From the NCBI GenBank assembly GCA_035193785.1, contig CP136572.1:1376001-1440000 (forward strand): a stretch of DNA of 64,000 nucleotides. Direction: 5' to 3'. How positions within the stretch are numbered: the first letter of the stretch is position 1; the number at the start of each line of letters is the position of its first letter. The notes under the pieces were generated by a model, which did no database searches, was not told the DNA's origin, and was given only the letters and a program-made list of their open reading frames with translations. The position numbers and the translations under genes are program-made. Source of the stretch: Planktothrix sp. GU0601_MAG3 (GTDB lineage: Bacteria; Cyanobacteriota; Cyanobacteriia; Cyanobacteriales; Microcoleaceae). Positions 50,360-60,272 of the stretch are shown piece by piece.

Positions 50360-51656
50360 GTGACCCTACCCTTAACAACTACAAAATCAGAAGAAATCTT
50401 TGCCGCCGCCCAAAAAATCATGCCAGGGGGCGTGAATTCCCCCGTGCGGGCGTTTAAGTCCGTCGGGGGACAACCGATTGTTTTTGATCGCGTCAAGGGC
50501 GCCTATGCTTGGGATGTGGACGGCAATCAATATATTGATTATGTTGGCTCTTGGGGGCCGGCCATTTGCGGCCATGCCCATCCCGAGGTGATCAACGCCC
50601 TGAAGGAAGCCTTGGAAAAAGGTACCAGTTTTGGGGCTCCCTGCGTCCTAGAGAATATTTTGGCAGAAATGGTAATTGATGCCGTTCCCAGCGTGGAAAT
50701 GGTACGATTTGTCAATTCGGGAACCGAAGCCTGTTTGTCGGTCTTGCGCTTGATGCGAGCCTTCACCGGACGGGAGAAACTGATTAAATTTGAAGGCTGC
50801 TACCACGGGCACGGGGATATGTTCCTGGTAAAAGCTGGTTCCGGGGTCGCCACGTTAGGTTTACCGGATTCCCCTGGGGTTCCTAAAGCCGTTACTGTTA
50901 GTACCCTCACTGCCCCCTACAATGACCTAGAAGCCGTCAAACAGCTATTTAATGAAAATCCGGGTGAAATTGCTGGAGTTATCCTAGAACCGATTGTAGG
51001 CAACGCTGGTTTTATTCCTCCCGATGGCGGATTTTTGGAAGGGTTGCGGGTGCTAACTCGGGAAAATGGGGCTTTATTGGTATTTGACGAGGTGATGACC
51101 GGGTTTCGGATTGCCTATGGCGGGGTGCAGGAGAAATCCGGGGTGATACCGGACTTAACGACTTTAGGAAAGGTCATTGGTGGCGGTTTACCCGTAGGGG
51201 CCTATGGCGGACGGCGGGATATTATGTCCATGGTGGCTCCATCTGGCCCGATGTATCAAGCGGGAACATTATCGGGAAATCCGTTAGCGATGACCGCAGG
51301 CATCAAAACCCTGGAGTTATTGCAAAAACCGGGAAACTTATGAATATTTGGATAAAATCACCAAAAAATTAAGTACCGGGTTGTTACAAATCGCCAAAGA
51401 AACTGGTCATGCAGCCTGTGGAGGTCAAATTAGTGGAATGTTTGGTTTATTCTTTACCCCGGGGCCAGTCCACAATTATGAAGATGCTAAAAAATCTGAT
51501 TTAGCCAAATTTAGTCGTTTTCATCGGGGAATGTTGGAGCGAGGCATTTATTTAGCCCCCTCTCAATTTGAAGCCGGGTTTACCTCTTTAGCCCATACGG
51601 ATGAAGACATTGATCAAACTTTAGCAGCGGCTAGAGAAGTCATGTCTAGTTTGTAA
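50360..51656 (+). CDS. hemL: Glutamate-1-semialdehyde 2,1-aminomutase; +1 frameshift at 51333-51337
   Basis: [39 protein letters not shown]. Confidence 0.96.
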
Positions 51657-51708
51657 TTTTTTCCGCCCCTACTAATTGAATAAAATGTAGGGGCGATTTT
51701 GTCGTCAG

Positions 51709-51767
51709 GAGACGCGCCATGCAGAGAGACGCGCCATGCAGAGAGACGCGCCATGGCACGTCTCTAC
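51709..51767. repeat. Family B REP with stuttered 17-bp left half
   Basis: GAGACGCGCCATGCAGA x2 then GAGACGCGCCATGGCACGTCTCTAC. Confidence 0.85.
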
Positions 51768-51869
51768 AGCCTGGAAATAAATTGGATTAAACCAGAAAAT
51801 CAAATCATATTATCTTAGGGGTTGGGATACCCAGCCCTATTTTAACTTGTGTTTGGAGACTTTTAAGCC

Positions 51870-52595
51870 TTAATTTTTAATCTTTTCTACATAACCCCAT
51901 AAACTATAATCTCGACTTAACCAACCGTGAAAAAATGCCATTTGGCTAGGATTTTCCTGAACCCGTTTATAACGATATAAAATTCGTTCATTAATAATTT
52001 GTAGGGCTGTGTATTGGTTATTTCCGCGTTCTAAGGCTTCTCGGGTTTCTGAATCAAATACTCCGGTTTGAGGTAATCCTAATGCCTGTTGTAAAAACGT
52101 AATTGAGTTATTAATTCCGAAGTTAACAGAAGTATCAAACATCACAATAGCCAGGGATGGGTGCATTTTTGCAGCCTCACTTCCTTGCCAATAGCTATTA
52201 TAAATTTCAATTAATTCTGTCTCAGACATTTGACTCACATCTAAGCCGGGTAATCCTCGATTAGAACGATAGACATTATATTCCGCCTGGGTAATTCCTC
52301 GATAGGTTCTTCCCCCAATATCGGAGGGATGATTACTGAATCCTCCTTCAAAATACAGGGTAAATCCTAAAGCCGCATTAAATAATTTGGTTTCATAATC
52401 ACTTCTAATTTTATTTCTTGCCCAACTTTGGCTACCAATCACAACTGAAAATGTTAGGGTTAATAACACCATTCCAGCGATCACCTGGGGCTTGAGTTGG
52501 GTCTTTAGTTTTCCAGGGAGCATTTGCTGCCAATTCATAGGTTTAGAGGGGATGAAATTTACCATAGGTCTATTTAGCGCACTAAGGACTAACAA
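51870..52595 (-). CDS. GH108 family lysozyme/peptidoglycan hydrolase with N-terminal TM helix (true start may be downstream)
   Basis: EGG.SNHPSD.GG.T..GIT, FD..VN.G, FFHGW..R. Confidence 0.85.
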   Translation of the reverse strand: MLVLSALNRPMVNFIPSKPMNWQQMLPGKLKTQLKPQVIAGMVLLTLTFSVVIGSQSWARNKIRSDYETKLFNAALGFTLYFEGGFSNHPSDIGGRTYRGITQAEYNVYRSNRGLPGLDVSQMSETELIEIYNSYWQGSEAAKMHPSLAIVMFDTSVNFGINNSITFLQQALGLPQTGVFDSETREALERGNNQYTALQIINERILYRYKRVQENPSQMAFFHGWLSRDYSLWGYVEKIKN

Positions 52596-52833
52596 GCCAA
52601 GGTCTAGGATAGCAGATCTGGTTAATAGTTGAGGTTAGTGATTCACCCCAGCCAGGATACCCCCCTTCCCCAGTGCTCTGCGGGGTAAACTCACCCCTAG
52701 GGAGTTCGGTTCTACGAATGTACTAATCGGGCAAATGTCGCTATGGTGAGGATAATGAACCGCATTTGTCGGGGAGTGAGACTTGATTTATTTTTAAAGG
52801 TTATTTCTAAATTCTATAATTCGTTTTAGGGGG

Positions 52834-54514
52834 ATGATGATGAACCAAATATTGTTACCAACGCTCAGTCAGATTTTGGCGGAAGATGAAACCCATAAAT
52901 TAGGTTATTCCTATTCGTCTAAATCTCTGTGTCATGCAGAACATCATTCTAATATTTCCTCTGAGGTTAAACAATATTTAAAAGCGGAGAAAGAATGGTA
53001 TAGTGGCGTTAAATCCATGAATTTTTTATTAGAAGAACTTCAATATAATATTAATATAATAGCAGAAAATTCTATTTCAATTGCCGATCCCCTATCCCAT
53101 TTAGGATTAATTATTTCGGGGCCAGTTCCGGTTTTAATTCATCCCGATTTAGCGATTCATTTTGCAACTCAAATTTTTACCCATGACCTGTCGAAATTAG
53201 AAGATGAATTAGTTTTAAAATTACGCCATCCTAAAGCCTTACTTCCTGCATCGGAGGAATTTTATAATTCTACGCCGGAAACGGAAGCCTGTCCTTTACA
53301 TGGGAAAGATCCTCTGGTTAAAGAACAGTTTTGTTTAGTTTTAACGAGTCAGTTTAGTTTAGTTATGGTATTGGGTCAGGATTTAACTGGAAGTCCGGCT
53401 TTTCTGTTTTCCTTTGATCCTGATATTGTGGAAAAAGCATTATTGATTTTGTGCGATCGCATGGAATTAATTAAAGCCACGGCAAATCGAGATTTGGGAA
53501 TGGAAGTAGCCAGACAAAAAGCCAAATTAGAGGAGAGCATTGCCCGGTTTATTCCAATTGAACCCAATTATAAAACGGTGATGCAATTTAGTCGTTTATT
53601 ATTAAATAATTTATCCTTAGAAGTAGAAAAAAAACCAGAAATTGAACCCTTAAAAAATAAGTTAAAAACCGTCGGAATTGCTATCAAAAAAAATCATAAT
53701 ATAGATAAAAATAAGAGTCAAAAATCCTATACTTCAGGGCTGGAAACAACTATTCTGGAAAATTCAATCCCAACAGCAGAAGTCGAATTATTACAAGCGA
53801 TCGCCCATGAAGTGCGAACACCCTTAGCCACAATTCGCACCTTAACACGATTACTATTAAAACGGCCAAATTTACCCCCAGAAGTAATTCATAAACGTTT
53901 AGAAATGATTGATCAAGAATGTACCACCCAAATTGATCGGTTTAACTTAATTTTTCGGGCTGTTGAATTAGAAATAGAAACAAGGGAGACAAAACAGTCG
54001 AGGAAATAGTAATGAGAAATCCCTACCATTAACGGCGATGTCATTAGGAGATGTGTTTCAAAGTAGTTTATCTCAATGGCAAAAACAAGCAAGTCAGCGT
54101 AACCAAACCTTAGAGGTAATTTTGCCCCACAAACTACCGACGGTCATCAGTGATCCAACTATGCTTGATCAAGTTTTAACTGGAGTCATTGATAATTTTA
54201 CCCGCAGTCTTCCCTGTGGTAGTCATATTCAAGTTGGGGTAAGATTAGCCGGACATCAGTTAAAGTTACAACTAGAATCCCAACCCGGAAAAGAAGTTAA
54301 CTCCCCCTTTGCCGTGTCTCCCCAATCTCCGTTAAAATCAATAGGGCCGTTATTAATGTTCCAACCGGAAACGGGAAGTTTAAGCCTAAATATGGCGGTA
54401 ACAAAAAATCTATTTCATGCCTTGGGCGGGAAACTGGTGATTAAACAGCGATCGCAACAAAGGAACGTTATGACGATTTATTTACCATTACAAAATACCT
54501 CGGAAACCGAATGA
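52834..54514 (+). CDS. Sensor histidine kinase (Hik34-like); +1 frameshift at 53977-53981
   Basis: AHEVRTPL.TIRTLTRLLL H-box; atypical HATPase FQPETGSLSL. Confidence 0.75.
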
Positions 54515-54891
54515 AAAAAAATTGGATCAAACAACCTTTTCTATTAGTTAGTGCTTCTGTTCTCGTGCTTGAAGGTTTAATAGCCGGGATCGCGATCGCT
54601 CAACCCGATCGTTATGGAGCGATCGCCACCTCCATATCGGGGGGTTGGGGTTATGGTTACGATTATCCAACTCGACAAGAAGCTGAACAAAAAGCATTGA
54701 AAGAATGTGCTAAATCCGATTGTAAAATCCAGGTTTGGTTTAAAAATGCCTGTGGTGCGGTCGCCAAGAATCCAGAAGGAATTATCGGTTGGGGTTGGGC
54801 GATCACTCCCGAACAAGCCCAAGGTAATGCTCTAATTGAATGTGGTACCGGGACTTGCAAAATTGAAACCTGGGCCTGTACAACCCGATAA
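54511..54891 (+). CDS. Secreted DUF4189 domain protein
   Basis: YGAIA, AEQKAL..C...C..WF.NACGAVA. Confidence 0.8.
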   Translation: MKKNWIKQPFLLVSASVLVLEGLIAGIAIAQPDRYGAIATSISGGWGYGYDYPTRQEAEQKALKECAKSDCKIQVWFKNACGAVAKNPEGIIGWGWAITPEQAQGNALIECGTGTCKIETWACTTR

Positions 54892-55018
54892 TCATTTCAA
54901 TGGTAAAAATAGAGCGGACTGGGGCAATGAGAACGGAGGAAGATGCTATGATCGAAATCGGGTCGCTCTAGCGTCTTGCCATACTTACCACTAACCTTGA
55001 GTAATGGAATGCGTTTTC

Positions 55019-55808
55019 ATGACAATAGACTTCGGTAGTATCAAAAGCTACAATCCTAAAGGATTTGGGTTTGTCGGTCGTACTTTTTCTAATCCTAATG
55101 GAAAAGTTTTCTTCCATATAAGAAAAATCAAGAAAAAACATCCTGAATTAGCCCAAAAATTGGACAATAGCGAAGCTTTTGAAACAGTCAATTTCTGGTA
55201 TGAAATTGAAACCACCGAAAAAGGCGAACAAGTTAGTGAGCTTTGGCTAAACGCAGAGAATATCCCTCAAAGCTACACAGATGAATTATCTGGTTTGATC
55301 CAAAAAGTAGAGAGTATCTGGAAAAATGTAGACTCTGAAAAACCTAGTTGGCTTGACCTTGTAACGATAGAGTTGGTTGGAGTTGATCGAGGGCAAGAAA
55401 CTAAGTGTTGAGAGAGATAACTTAGAGAGTCAACTTAGAGAGGCAGAGGAGGAGCGACGCAGGGCAGCAGAAGCTTTACGAGAAAATGAAATTGGAAGAA
55501 TAGCTAAGTGCTATGATTTAACAAAAACGGAAGCTGATGAGTTAGAGCAACTATTAGCAGAGATGCGTCCTTTAGAATTTACACATAGTAAGCAACTATC
55601 GAAATATATTAAAAACCATCGACTTGGTTATAGGTATCCAAATATCTCAGGTATTGTGAGAATGGAAAAAGACGATACAGAATGGGATTTTCATGGGGGA
55701 TTTCCTCCTGATATTTATAAAGTTATTTGCAGGGAACTCGATTTGGATAATCAGGGAACTCGTGCTAGACCAATAGGATTTACACCATTTGGCACTGGTA
55801 GAAATTAG
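55019..55808 (+). CDS. Cold-shock-domain (OB-fold) protein with uncharacterised C-terminus; +1 frameshift at 55397-55401
   Basis: G.IKSYNPKGFGFV...VFFHI RNP1/RNP2-like motifs. Confidence 0.65.
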
Positions 55809-55931
55809 CGGAGACTAGCAAATGAGTAAACTCCCTTACAGAAATGAACTTACAGGCAATTATATTGACTGAGTTTGCTGTGGTTTAATAGTTTTTGTTT
55901 ATAATGGTAGAATTAGTAACAAAGGAGGACA

Positions 55932-56351
55932 ATGCCAGCAAAAGATGTTTACCATGATGCGGTTAAAAACGCTCTAATTAAGGATGGTTGGACAATCACA
56001 GCCGATCCCTATCCTCTGGAATATGAGGATGTTGAACTTTATCCTGATTTAGCAGTAGAAAAGTTCATTTCAGAAGAACAAAAACAACGTAAAATTATTA
56101 TTGAGATTAAAAGTTTTATTAGTTCTTCATTAATGAAAGATTTTGAATTAGCTTTAGGGCAATATATACTGTATCGTAATTTAATTCAATTAGCTCAAGA
56201 TGAATACCAAGAAATTTACTTAGCGATCAAAGATGAAATTTATGACACTTTTTTTCAAAGAAAATCAATTAAAGCTGTAGTAAAATTAAATCAAGTTGCT
56301 TTACTTATTATTAATACGGATAAGGAGGAAATTGTACAATGGATAAATTAA
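55932..56351 (+). CDS. xisH: XisH family protein
   Basis: [40 protein letters not shown]. Confidence 0.92.
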   Translation: MPAKDVYHDAVKNALIKDGWTITADPYPLEYEDVELYPDLAVEKFISEEQKQRKIIIEIKSFISSSLMKDFELALGQYILYRNLIQLAQDEYQEIYLAIKDEIYDTFFQRKSIKAVVKLNQVALLIINTDKEEIVQWIN

Positions 56352-56680
56352 CTAATTATCGTCAAACTATCAAAAAGATATTAACAGAACATGATTATCT
56401 TGCTAATCGTTCATCTAAGAAAAAATATGAAACTTGTTTAGTTTTTGATGAAACTCATGATCATTATTTATGGATGTCTGTAGATTGGGTTAATCAAAAG
56501 AGAATTAATAATACTCACGTTCATATTCGCATTAAAAATGAGAAAATTTATATTGAGGAAGATTGGACTGAGGAGGGTATTGCTAATGAGTTATTAACCG
56601 AAGGTGTACCAAAAGAGGATATTGTATTAGCTTTTTATGATCCTGAAACTCGTAAATTGACTGAGTTTGCTGTGGCTTAA
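56339..56680 (+). CDS. xisI: XisI family protein
   Basis: [27 protein letters not shown]...[11 protein letters not shown]. Confidence 0.92.
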   Translation: MDKLTNYRQTIKKILTEHDYLANRSSKKKYETCLVFDETHDHYLWMSVDWVNQKRINNTHVHIRIKNEKIYIEEDWTEEGIANELLTEGVPKEDIVLAFYDPETRKLTEFAVA

Positions 56681-56851
56681 TTGTATGGCAAAAGTCAACT
56701 TTAATAAAATTGATGGTTTTAAAGAAGTTTAAAATTCGGATATTGTGGGAGTTTGGAGAATGCGTTAGCGAAGCTGACCGAAGGTATCGCTGTTTTTTGT
56801 CTTTTTATGAGGACGGCATAATGGTTATCGTTGGATAGGCGACCAACAGAG

Positions 56852-56936
56852 GTAGAACAAGGCACTGCACCCGAACTTCTACAGTCCGCTCGTTCTTCGT
56901 TTCCCTTCCATCGGCGGCTCAACTTCACCGTTATAT
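56852..56936 (+). mobile_element. Degenerate integron attC-like site
   Basis: GTAGAAC AAGGC ACTGCACCCG...GGCGGCTCAAC TTCACC GTTATAT; imperfect R/L pairing. Confidence 0.5.
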
Positions 56937-57088
56937 AGGGGGAAATTGAGGTGCGATCGCTCTTTGAGGTGTAGGGGAGTTTGTAGGGTGGGAAGTTATA
57001 AAAGTTATTCGTTAGGAATCACCATTTAACTCTAATTGCCCGCCCTACAATTATGTTTATTGATTGGCAATCACACATTTTTTGTTAA

Positions 57089-57355
57089 TCACGGGAAAAA
57101 TTTATAAATATCTTTTCGATGTAAAAACCTAGTAAAAATAATTGTATCTTCACTCAATTCTATCCCTATCCTATAGTTGCCTAAACGGATACGATAGAAT
57201 GTATCATAACCTTGTAATTTTTTGAGATGATTAATTTCTGATAGGTTTTCTGTTGTTTTACATTGAATGATTATTTGCTTTAACTCAGATAAAACTTTTT
57301 TATCTTTAATTTTTCTTAAATCTTTTTCAAATCTTGATTCAAATTTGATTTTCAT
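57089..57355 (-). CDS. RelE/ParE family toxin
   Basis: F.KDL.K, KKLQG...YRIRLGNYRI, HRKDIY. Confidence 0.9.
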   Translation of the reverse strand: MKIKFESRFEKDLRKIKDKKVLSELKQIIIQCKTTENLSEINHLKKLQGYDTFYRIRLGNYRIGIELSEDTIIFTRFLHRKDIYKFFP

Positions 57356-57561
57356 TAATTTTCACTATCTAATAAAGCAAATATTTTTTCTTCAGAAACA
57401 AAATCATCTTGTCTTCCTTCTTTAATGGCATTAGCTAGAGAAATTTCCTCGACTGCTTCTAGGATAAGATCATAAAATAAATCTTTTCTGGTTTTAATAA
57501 TTTCTACCATTATTTCTGTCAACATTTCTTTTGTGGTTTCGTCATCAATTGATAATTTCAT
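57355..57561 (-). CDS. Putative antitoxin
   Basis: 68-aa acidic ORF overlapping the RelE start. Confidence 0.75.
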   Translation of the reverse strand: MKLSIDDETTKEMLTEIMVEIIKTRKDLFYDLILEAVEEISLANAIKEGRQDDFVSEEKIFALLDSEN

Positions 57562-57663
57562 TGTTTTACAATGTCAAATTTGTTTTTTCAAATTATAGCA
57601 TATTTTAATGAATTTTTGGTTAGTATTATATAGAATGGTGTAATATATCTATTGCCTGGAATC

Positions 57664-57894
57664 ATGACTGAACTCCTCAAGCAAGTTATTGCAGAAATCC
57701 AAGAACTTCCTGCCGACCAGCAAGATGCGATCGCATTGCGTCTTATGGCTGAACTGAAAGATGAACAGAGATGGACAAAGCAGTTTGAATCAACCACAGA
57801 CGAGCAGTGGGATCGATTAGCTGACATGGTTCGGCAGGAAATCTCAGACGGTGACACCGTTTCATTGGATGAAGTCTTTCCGGTCAAGTCATGA
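57664..57894 (+). CDS. Putative antitoxin
   Basis: Acidic 76-aa ORF with ATGA overlap to the toxin. Confidence 0.7.
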   Translation: MTELLKQVIAEIQELPADQQDAIALRLMAELKDEQRWTKQFESTTDEQWDRLADMVRQEISDGDTVSLDEVFPVKS

Positions 57895-58164
57895 AATCGA
57901 GTGTCACAAAAGCGTTTCGTAAATGCCTCGATCGACTTCCCGCATCAGTGCAAGAGCAGGCTGATAAAGCTTATGAACTTTGGCGCGAAGATCCGTACCA
58001 CAACAGTTTGCAGTTTCAAGCGAGTCAGTCAACGCCAACCGATTTATTCTGCACGGGTCGGCATCGACTATCGAGTTCTAGGGTTGCTGGAGGCAGACGA
58101 CCACATTTATTGGTTCTGGATTGGGGCGCACGATGAGTACGATGAGTTGCTGAAAAGACTGTAG
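57891..58164 (+). CDS. ParE/RelE-like toxin; +1 frameshift at 58013-58017
   Basis: F.K..DRLP..VQ..A.KAY.L...DP.H.SL.FKRV...YSARVG..YR.L, WFWIG.H.EYD. Confidence 0.8.
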
Positions 58165-58189
58165 TTTCTAGTCACTCCGTTGGTGCACG

Positions 58190-58277
58190 GTCTAACAACG
58201 CTTATGCACCCGACCGTTGAGAGGTGATCGGTGAGGTTCGAGAAGTGATCTGCGCTGGGTGATGGGCACCGTTAGGG
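58190..58277 (+). mobile_element. Integron attC-like recombination site
   Basis: R'' GTCTAAC, 5-nt spacer, L'' TTAT(G)CACCC pairing with L' GGGTGATGG, R' GTTAGGG; starts 26 nt after the toxin stop. Confidence 0.7.
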
Positions 58278-58296
58278 GGAAATTGAGGTGCGATCG

Positions 58297-58593
58297 CTAG
58301 AAACGTTTTTTCCACTGTTGAGGATCACGCTTAACATGAAAACAAGCCAAGATAAAAATAATATCATCGTGAATTACATAAAACAAACCATAAGGAAATC
58401 TTGGCAATAATTTTCGGCGTACATTATTATAGATAATGGGATAAGCGAGAGGATTTTGTTGAATTAAAGCTAAATTTTTATCTACAACTCGAATCAAATC
58501 TGATCCAAGTTGGTTAACTTGTGATTCATACCACTGATAAGCCTCCTCTAAATCTAATTCAGCTTCCTCTGAAATTTTAATTTTATATGTCAT
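58297..58593 (-). CDS. RelE/ParE family toxin
   Basis: AELDLEEA..WY, RR..L.RFPY..FY, ILACFH..RDP..W. Confidence 0.88.
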   Translation of the reverse strand: MTYKIKISEEAELDLEEAYQWYESQVNQLGSDLIRVVDKNLALIQQNPLAYPIIYNNVRRKLLPRFPYGLFYVIHDDIIFILACFHVKRDPQQWKKRF

Positions 58594-58807
58594 CTTTAAT
58601 AATTCTTCGCTTAACGACTTCCCAAGATTCGCCTTCATTTTCAATATTTTGATAAGATGCTAAACGCCGATCTAATTCCTGTTTCTGAGATTGAGTTAAA
58701 GGAATTTGATCAGCATCAATAACAACACTATTCCAAATATCTTCTATTAACTGAAGCTTTTCGTGAATAGTTAGGGGTAAAATTTGTTCAGATAATAGAC
58801 TATTCAT
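58583..58807 (-). CDS. Addiction-module antitoxin
   Basis: EKLQLIEDIW.S, Q..ELDRRL, SWE.VK.RI. Confidence 0.88.
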   Translation of the reverse strand: MNSLLSEQILPLTIHEKLQLIEDIWNSVVIDADQIPLTQSQKQELDRRLASYQNIENEGESWEVVKRRIIKDDI

Positions 58808-59263
58808 AAATCAAACAATGTAATTTGATAATCTTTACTTAGCTTAACTTATTTTTACCATTTTGTGTCATTTTAATGATTGGAGATCGCTCTTGGCGTG
58901 CGATCTTCGCAGCTTACCGTAGGTATCGCTTTTTGATGTGTAGAGACGTTTGGGGTGTGGAGATGGGAGGTTGAGGTGCGATCGCTCTTTGATGTGTGGG
59001 GGAGTTATGGTGCGATCGCTTATTATCAGGTATTTTTGGTTAGTATTATTATTGTGTGGCTCTTGATGGCTCACCTACTCAATTACAAAATTACAAGGAT
59101 GAGATTTGACATCGGCATTGCCTTTGACCAATACGGGGTAAATTGTAATTGGTAAAAGTCTTTATTCAAAGATTTTTAAACATTATTAGTAATATTAAAA
59201 TCCCCTCAAATACCTATCAATTTATGATATAGTTTCCCTGTTCAATATATTACTATCAACAAG

Positions 59264-59654
59264 ATGGCTAAACTCAATAAATTTAAGGCTTTTTCCCTAT
59301 CTACCCTACTCTATGGGATAGCAGCATTAACCTTTTTACCCATTCCCAAAGCAGAAGCCGCAACAAATTTTAACTGTCCGGGTCAATTTCCCCAAAACAG
59401 AATGCAGTTTTCTGTGAGTTATCTTGATGGTCGATTTACAAGCATTACGTTAACTCCTCAAAGCGGCCCACCTCGCACCAATCAATTAAGATATGATCGA
59501 CCCAACGAGCGGGGAGAATTAGTTTATCGGGCGGGTGATATGGGCGGTGCTGATATCATTGTCATCGACTTATCAAAAGGCGCCGTACAACCCGGGACAC
59601 AGGTTTCTGTTTCGCTGGATGGACAGTGGGCGAGGGGAAACTTGTCGGCTCTAA
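59264..59654 (+). CDS. Secreted hypothetical protein; probable +1 error at 59637-59641 (ORF track extends to 59701)
   Basis: Signal peptide ..AEA; removing one A gives ...WARGTCRL stop. Confidence 0.55.
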
Positions 59655-59793
59655 TTCAGTTAACTTTTAAAATAGGACTGATACGGAAACCGAGTTTCTG
59701 AATGATGAACGCGGTTTCTGGGAAAAATATTCTGATTCTAAAAGAATATATAATAAAGATAGATTTTAATTTAGATAAAATCAGGAGTAACAA

Positions 59794-60012
59794 ATGGAAG
59801 CAATTACGATTAAAGTTGATAATGAAGTAGCGAAGCTTTACCAGGAAGCGGATAGTAATAAACAAGAAAAAGCAATTTGGGTTTGTAGCCTGATTCTGAA
59901 AGAATTATTAAAACCATCTGATTTTGATGAGATTGTTAAACAAGTAAGAGAAGAAGCTAAAGTTAATGGTTTAACTCCCGAAATTTTAGCCGAGTTATTA
60001 GAAGATGAATAA
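59794..60012 (+). CDS. Putative antitoxin, paralogue of 40276-40494
   Basis: ME.ITI.VD.EVAK.Y.EA...A..NGLTPEIL. Confidence 0.7.
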   Translation: MEAITIKVDNEVAKLYQEADSNKQEKAIWVCSLILKELLKPSDFDEIVKQVREEAKVNGLTPEILAELLEDE

Positions 60013-60266
60013 ACTTAGAACTGTATTAGTTAGATACAAATATTTTTATTAGTGGTTTATTGTTATCAGCATCAAAAGCCCAACAGGTTTTTGATCAAGT
60101 TACTGAAAGCCAAATTCTCTTGATATCTGACAGCACTTTTGTCGAAATTTATCAAACTTTTATTCGTCCTAAATTTGATAAATATGTATCTTTAGAAAAT
60201 TTGATCACTTACCCTCCAATTATAACACTTATAAATCTATTTTTACAGCAAAATATTTTAATTTAA
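60005..60266 (+). pseudogene. PIN toxin pseudogene
   Basis: TTAG duplication breaks VLDTN; homology to 40487-40900 ends after RPKFDKYVS. Confidence 0.7.
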
Positions 60267-60272
60267 TCAAAT

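Noticed and set aside
51870..52595. Prophage lysis gene
   Set aside because: The GH108 gene has no holin, structural or integrase neighbours and sits among host genes
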